Below are positions 60,465 through 64,000 of a stretch of 64,000 bases of DNA, in pieces. The stretch's first letter is position 1. Each line of letters opens with the position of its first letter. The notes below the pieces were generated by a model. The model was not told where the DNA came from and did no database searches. It saw nothing but the letters and a program-made list of their open reading frames with translations. Origin of the DNA: Chloroflexota bacterium (GTDB lineage: Bacteria > Chloroflexota > Anaerolineae > Anaerolineales > Villigracilaceae); contig JAEWVF010000018.1 of the NCBI GenBank assembly GCA_023459215.1, positions 70,243-134,242 on the forward strand, read 5' to 3'. Made by a program: the position numbers and the translations under genes.

Positions 60465-60485
60465 TAATCTTGGTTGTGTTTTTGG

Positions 60486-60523
60486 AAGCGGCAGATGGAA
60501 TGATTTCCATCTGCCGCTTTTTG
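60486..60523 (+). terminator. Rho-independent terminator of island gene
   Basis: gcggcagatggaa-tgat-ttccatctgccgc + tttttg. Confidence 0.8.
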
Positions 60524-60982
60524 TGTTACCAATAGAGTATGTGTGCAAAACATTGACAAAAACTATAAATCCTGTACAATATGTATACAATACGAAGTTA
60601 TTCATAAAACTTTTATTTTCGAATTAGTAGTTCATGTGGTTTCGAGCGTTTTTTGCGAAGCAAACTCCTGGTAAATGAGCAATACCTATCCTCATAGGGT
60701 AGGCTAGCTGAGCACAGACCTCCTTTCTCATACATTATCACATTTTCATCGGGGAACGACTTCACTATTGACATTTACCAAAATAGGTTAAGTTGGCCCT
60801 ATTCGCTATCTTGTTTATTATGAGCAAGATTGAGATACTTCAACCCTACCAGTGATGTTTTGGATGTTTTTTGCTCAAAAAAGTGCTCTGTTGGGGTCGC
60901 AGACTTAATTAACTTATGTAAACGTCAATAATTAATATGATAATCCTATATACTTCTGGTTTCATTCTTTGCTGGAGGCATA

Positions 60983-61930
60983 ATGCAAACAACATGGGAA
61001 CACAAGCTTATCTCACTTGCTGGACGCATTCCTCACCCATCCAATCGTCCAGTTTTTTCTTATTGGGCTGGAGATGTTTCTCTACAAAAAGCCTATAACT
61101 TGGCCAGAAAAATTACATCCTATCGCAACAAGTCCTTGTTTATAGTTTCTGGTTTATTTCCTGAAGAAAAACACTCTGCGATTTTTGCTCTTTATGCATT
61201 TTATACTACAATAGATGATATTGTGGATGAAGGCTCGGTTGTTGGCCGCGAGGTGGAATTGGATTACTGGCGCGGGGTTGTCCAGGGGCTGGTCCCGCCG
61301 CGCGCGGGCGACCTGGTAGCCCAGGCCTGGGCGGATACGCGCTCGCGCTATCACATCCCCCCGCGCTATGCCTTGCAGTTGATCGATGGCGTGGCCCGCG
61401 ACCTTACCCAGTCCCGCTACAAAACTTTTGACGACCTGGCGACCTATTGCTATGGAGTCGCCTCGACCGTTGGCTTGATGAGCATGTACATTGTCGGTTT
61501 CAAATCCAATGAAGCGCTGCCTTATGCCATTAAATTGGGCGTGGCCTTGCAGATGACCAATATCCTGCGCGATATTGGCGAAGATTTCCGCAATGGCCGG
61601 GTTTACCTGCCCAAGGATGAGTTGAAAGCCTTTGGCATTAGCGAAGCCGACCTGGCCCGCGGCATTGTCAACGACGCCTGGCGCAACTTCATGCGCTACC
61701 AGATCGATCGCACCCGCAAACTTTACGCCGAAGCCGAAAAAGGCATCGCCTTTCTTGAGCGCGATGGCCAGTTGGCGATTGGCGCCTCGTCCAATTTCTA
61801 CCAGGGTATCCTGGATGTGATCGAGGCCAATGATTATGATGTATTTTCCAAACGCGCCAGTCTCACCGCCTGGGGCAAGGTTAGCCGCATCCCTGCGTTA
61901 TGGTTCAAACTTGCCGCGCTGCCTCAATAG
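60983..61930 (+). CDS. crtB: Phytoene synthase
   Basis: YTTIDDIVDE and MTNILRDIGEDFRNGRVYLP aspartate-rich motifs. Confidence 0.9.
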   Translation: MQTTWEHKLISLAGRIPHPSNRPVFSYWAGDVSLQKAYNLARKITSYRNKSLFIVSGLFPEEKHSAIFALYAFYTTIDDIVDEGSVVGREVELDYWRGVVQGLVPPRAGDLVAQAWADTRSRYHIPPRYALQLIDGVARDLTQSRYKTFDDLATYCYGVASTVGLMSMYIVGFKSNEALPYAIKLGVALQMTNILRDIGEDFRNGRVYLPKDELKAFGISEADLARGIVNDAWRNFMRYQIDRTRKLYAEAEKGIAFLERDGQLAIGASSNFYQGILDVIEANDYDVFSKRASLTAWGKVSRIPALWFKLAALPQ

Positions 61931-61977
61931 CATGCGTACTAGGTGATTTCTCCTTTGGGTGAAGGGCTAGCCCTTCA

Positions 61978-62014
61978 GCAAGACCCCCGTCGGGCAACGG
62001 GGGTCTTGTCTTTT
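61978..62014 (+). terminator. Rho-independent terminator after crtB
   Basis: caagacccccg-tcgggcaa-cgggggtcttg + tctttt. Confidence 0.8.
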
Positions 62015-62045
62015 AAGCGATAGATATTGAGAAAACGAATTTTAC

Positions 62046-62095
62046 GTATTGGCCCTTCGACTACGCTGAAGAGCGCTCCGCTCAGGGCCTGTGTA
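62046..62095. repeat. Short repeat (ccttcgactacg...ctccgctcagg) related to the ndh-leader element at 29665-29725
   Basis: Shared motifs ccttcgact(a/g)cg and c(g/c)ctccgctcagg in both loci. Confidence 0.5.
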
Positions 62096-62109
62096 TCAAA
62101 ATGATTATG

Positions 62110-62583
62110 TTAATCTCTATCGTATTTGCGTTTGCTGTTGCGGTATCTCTCCAGGTCGGGGGTGCTGTTTTCGTATTCTTCGAGCATCAGCGGCGAGGAG
62201 ATGATGAAATCGGCGGTCGAGCGGTTCGAGGCGGTCGGGATGTTGTACAGCACCGCCAGCCGCAGCAAGGCTTTGATGTCTGGGTCGTGCGGCTGGGGTT
62301 CGAGCGGATCCCAGAAGAAAATCAACAGGTCGATGTCGCCGTCCGAGATGGCCGCGCCGATTTGCTGGTCGCCGCCCAACGGTCCGCTCTTGTACTGTGT
62401 AACGGGAACATCCAGCTCGTTCTCGATCAGCGAGCCGGTCGTGCCGGTGCCGAACAGTGAATGCCGCGTGAGCGTGCCGCGATTGAAGCGCGCCCAATCC
62501 AGCAGGTCGGCTTTTTTGTTGTCATGGGCGACCAGCGCGATTCGTTTGCGCTTTTGAATGGTATGCCGGGCTTTGTTCGACAT
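62110..62583 (-). CDS. mgsA: Methylglyoxal synthase
   Basis: RIALVAHDNKK..LFGTGTTG..DPL.PQPHDPD motifs; AGGAGG RBS. Confidence 0.85.
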   Translation of the reverse strand: MSNKARHTIQKRKRIALVAHDNKKADLLDWARFNRGTLTRHSLFGTGTTGSLIENELDVPVTQYKSGPLGGDQQIGAAISDGDIDLLIFFWDPLEPQPHDPDIKALLRLAVLYNIPTASNRSTADFIISSPLMLEEYENSTPDLERYRNSKRKYDRD

Positions 62584-62674
62584 CCTGCCTCCTGAAACTT
62601 TGGGGAGAGAAGAAAACCGCCATATCTGGGGATTTTCCAGATATGGCGGCAATGTGTATTACCAGAATTTGCGC

Positions 62675-63820
62675 CTATGGCTCAGGGGTTTCTTGCGGGG
62701 CCACACCCTGCCATGAGAAAACGCGTTTATCCGATTGCGCGCCCGCTGGAACCCAGACGGGCTGTCCCTGTTCGTCCGTTCCACTCTGGCGGACGGTGGT
62801 TACCGACCAGCGGATCACATGCGGGGAGTTATCGCGCGGCCTGAAGGAGGACGGCACGATAAATTTGGTATCGGTGACGTACTGTACGATGCGCCGGGTG
62901 CCGTCGGTGACATCTTCGACGATAACCTGGTAGGCTTCGTTTTCGCGCAGGGTGCCGATGGAGGCCCACTGCAGGGTAATCGCATCATTGGCCAGGGTAA
63001 AGGAGGACCCATCCGCGGGCAGGAGCAGGTTGGCAGCCGGGTAGGGCGGCGGGATGGTCGCGGTCGGGGACGGGCCGGGTGTGGCTGCGCGTTCGCACAG
63101 CGGAACGATCAGGTTCATCCCCAGGAAGACCGTATCGGTGCTCAGGCCGTTATAAGATTTGATCGCATCCTGCGGTACCGCATAGTTGGCGGCGATGATC
63201 GAAAGGGTGTCGCCATCCTGGACGGTGTAAATGACTTTGTCGCAGGCTTGCAGGGTGGCCTGGCCGGCTTCGAGGGTCGAAGTGGCCGCCGGAGGCTGGG
63301 TCGGCGTCGGGTAGGGGATTTTGATCTTCTGCCCCACCGACAGGATACAGTTCGCCGACAGGTTGTTTTCCAGGATGATGCTCTGGAAGGAAACATTAAA
63401 CGTGGCCGCCAGGCCCAGACAGGTATCGCCCTGACCGATGGTGTAATCGAAAGGCGGCTGGGTGGTTGAGGTCGGCACCGGGGTCTGGGTGAAAGCGATG
63501 GTCGCGGTCGGGCTGAGGGTCGGGGTTGCGGTAATGGTTGCGGTAACGTCGCTGGCCCCGGCTGGGGTGGTCCCGGTCAGGCGCATGGCGAAGAAAACCA
63601 GCGCGGCGCCGGCCATCAGGAAAAGGGTTAACAGGCCCAGCGCCATCGGCAAACTGAGGGTGATTTCGGGCATCCGCGCGGCCTGTACTTCAGCCGGTTT
63701 TTTCGTTTCGATTGCTGTTGTTAGTTCGGTGCCACACACCAGGCAGCGCGAGGCATTTTCTGCCAGGCGTGTGCCGCAGGTAGGACAAACTTTTGTGGAT
63801 TGGGGAGTATTTTCTGGCAT
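62675..63820 (-). CDS. Zinc-ribbon / TM / Pro-Thr linker / tandem LysM-domain protein
   Basis: CPTCG..CLVCG N-terminus, TM helix, two LysM motifs (YTIGQGDTCLGLA; YTVQDGDTLSIIA). Confidence 0.7.
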   Translation of the reverse strand: MPENTPQSTKVCPTCGTRLAENASRCLVCGTELTTAIETKKPAEVQAARMPEITLSLPMALGLLTLFLMAGAALVFFAMRLTGTTPAGASDVTATITATPTLSPTATIAFTQTPVPTSTTQPPFDYTIGQGDTCLGLAATFNVSFQSIILENNLSANCILSVGQKIKIPYPTPTQPPAATSTLEAGQATLQACDKVIYTVQDGDTLSIIAANYAVPQDAIKSYNGLSTDTVFLGMNLIVPLCERAATPGPSPTATIPPPYPAANLLLPADGSSFTLANDAITLQWASIGTLRENEAYQVIVEDVTDGTRRIVQYVTDTKFIVPSSFRPRDNSPHVIRWSVTTVRQSGTDEQGQPVWVPAGAQSDKRVFSWQGVAPQETPEP

Positions 63821-63908
63821 AACGAAGCGGAATTATACCATGCTGCTACCTGACTGTTTTGCAAAGAATAAATGGGTCTTTGGGAATCTCCGGGATGGGT
63901 ATTTTTTG

Positions 63909-64000
63909 TACACGGAAAACGCGGAAAACACAGAGAAACACGGAAAAATCGTTGTTTAAAAAGCCCTTTCCGTGCGTTTCCGTCAATTCCGTGTGTTCCG
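63909..64000. repeat. Iteron-like convergent arrays (CACGGAAAA x4 ... TTTCCGTG x4), truncated by window end
   Basis: cacggaaaa cgcggaaaa cacagagaaa cacggaaaaa ... tttccgtgcg tttccgtcaa ttccgtgtg ttccg; same architecture as 41776-41873. Confidence 0.5.

Overview
High-GC (about 60%) bacterial chromosomal segment with three short low-GC islands. Many proteins carry Pro/Thr-rich linkers, which would fit a Chloroflexota-like organism; this is a guess from composition only. Left to right: (i) a housekeeping cluster (Ser/Thr kinase, rpe, rpmB, asp23, yloV, degV, recG, coaD). (ii) A tightly packed 11-gene, roughly 14.8-kb operon at 13504-28263, with a near-consensus sigma70 promoter upstream and an intrinsic terminator downstream. 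It combines a DUF4388 protein, a CvnD/MglA-type small GTPase, a V4R protein, an acyl-ACP-reductase (AAR)-like reductase, two paralogous alpha/beta hydrolases (one lacking the catalytic Ser), a degenerate nucleotidyltransferase/LbH protein, a REC-GGDEF protein with a degenerate GGDNF motif, a 2484-aa multi-GAF/PAS histidine kinase and a CheY-like regulator. This is the best candidate for an undescribed conservon-like signalling/lipid module. (iii) Respiratory and membrane genes (two cytochrome b561, NDH-2, flotillin, CASTOR/POLLUX-like channel) and acyl-CoA dehydrogenase-etfBA. (iv) A light/carotenoid-associated cluster on the minus strand: fused CrtYcd lycopene cyclase, P450, GNAT, photolyase, duplicated DICT-like sensor domains with a class III nucleotide cyclase, MFS transporter, CarH/LitR-type B12 MerR regulator, crtB, and a crtI remnant truncated next to a low-GC island. 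It also carries a candidate selenocysteine (UxxC) peroxiredoxin-like gene with an in-frame TGA. Several unusual non-coding elements were found: a palindromic element family with one copy inserted in-frame in the P450 gene, periodic 9-10-bp iteron-like arrays at two loci, and a second small repeat family with an attenuator-like hairpin upstream of ndh. No rRNA, tRNA, CRISPR or transposase genes were recognised.
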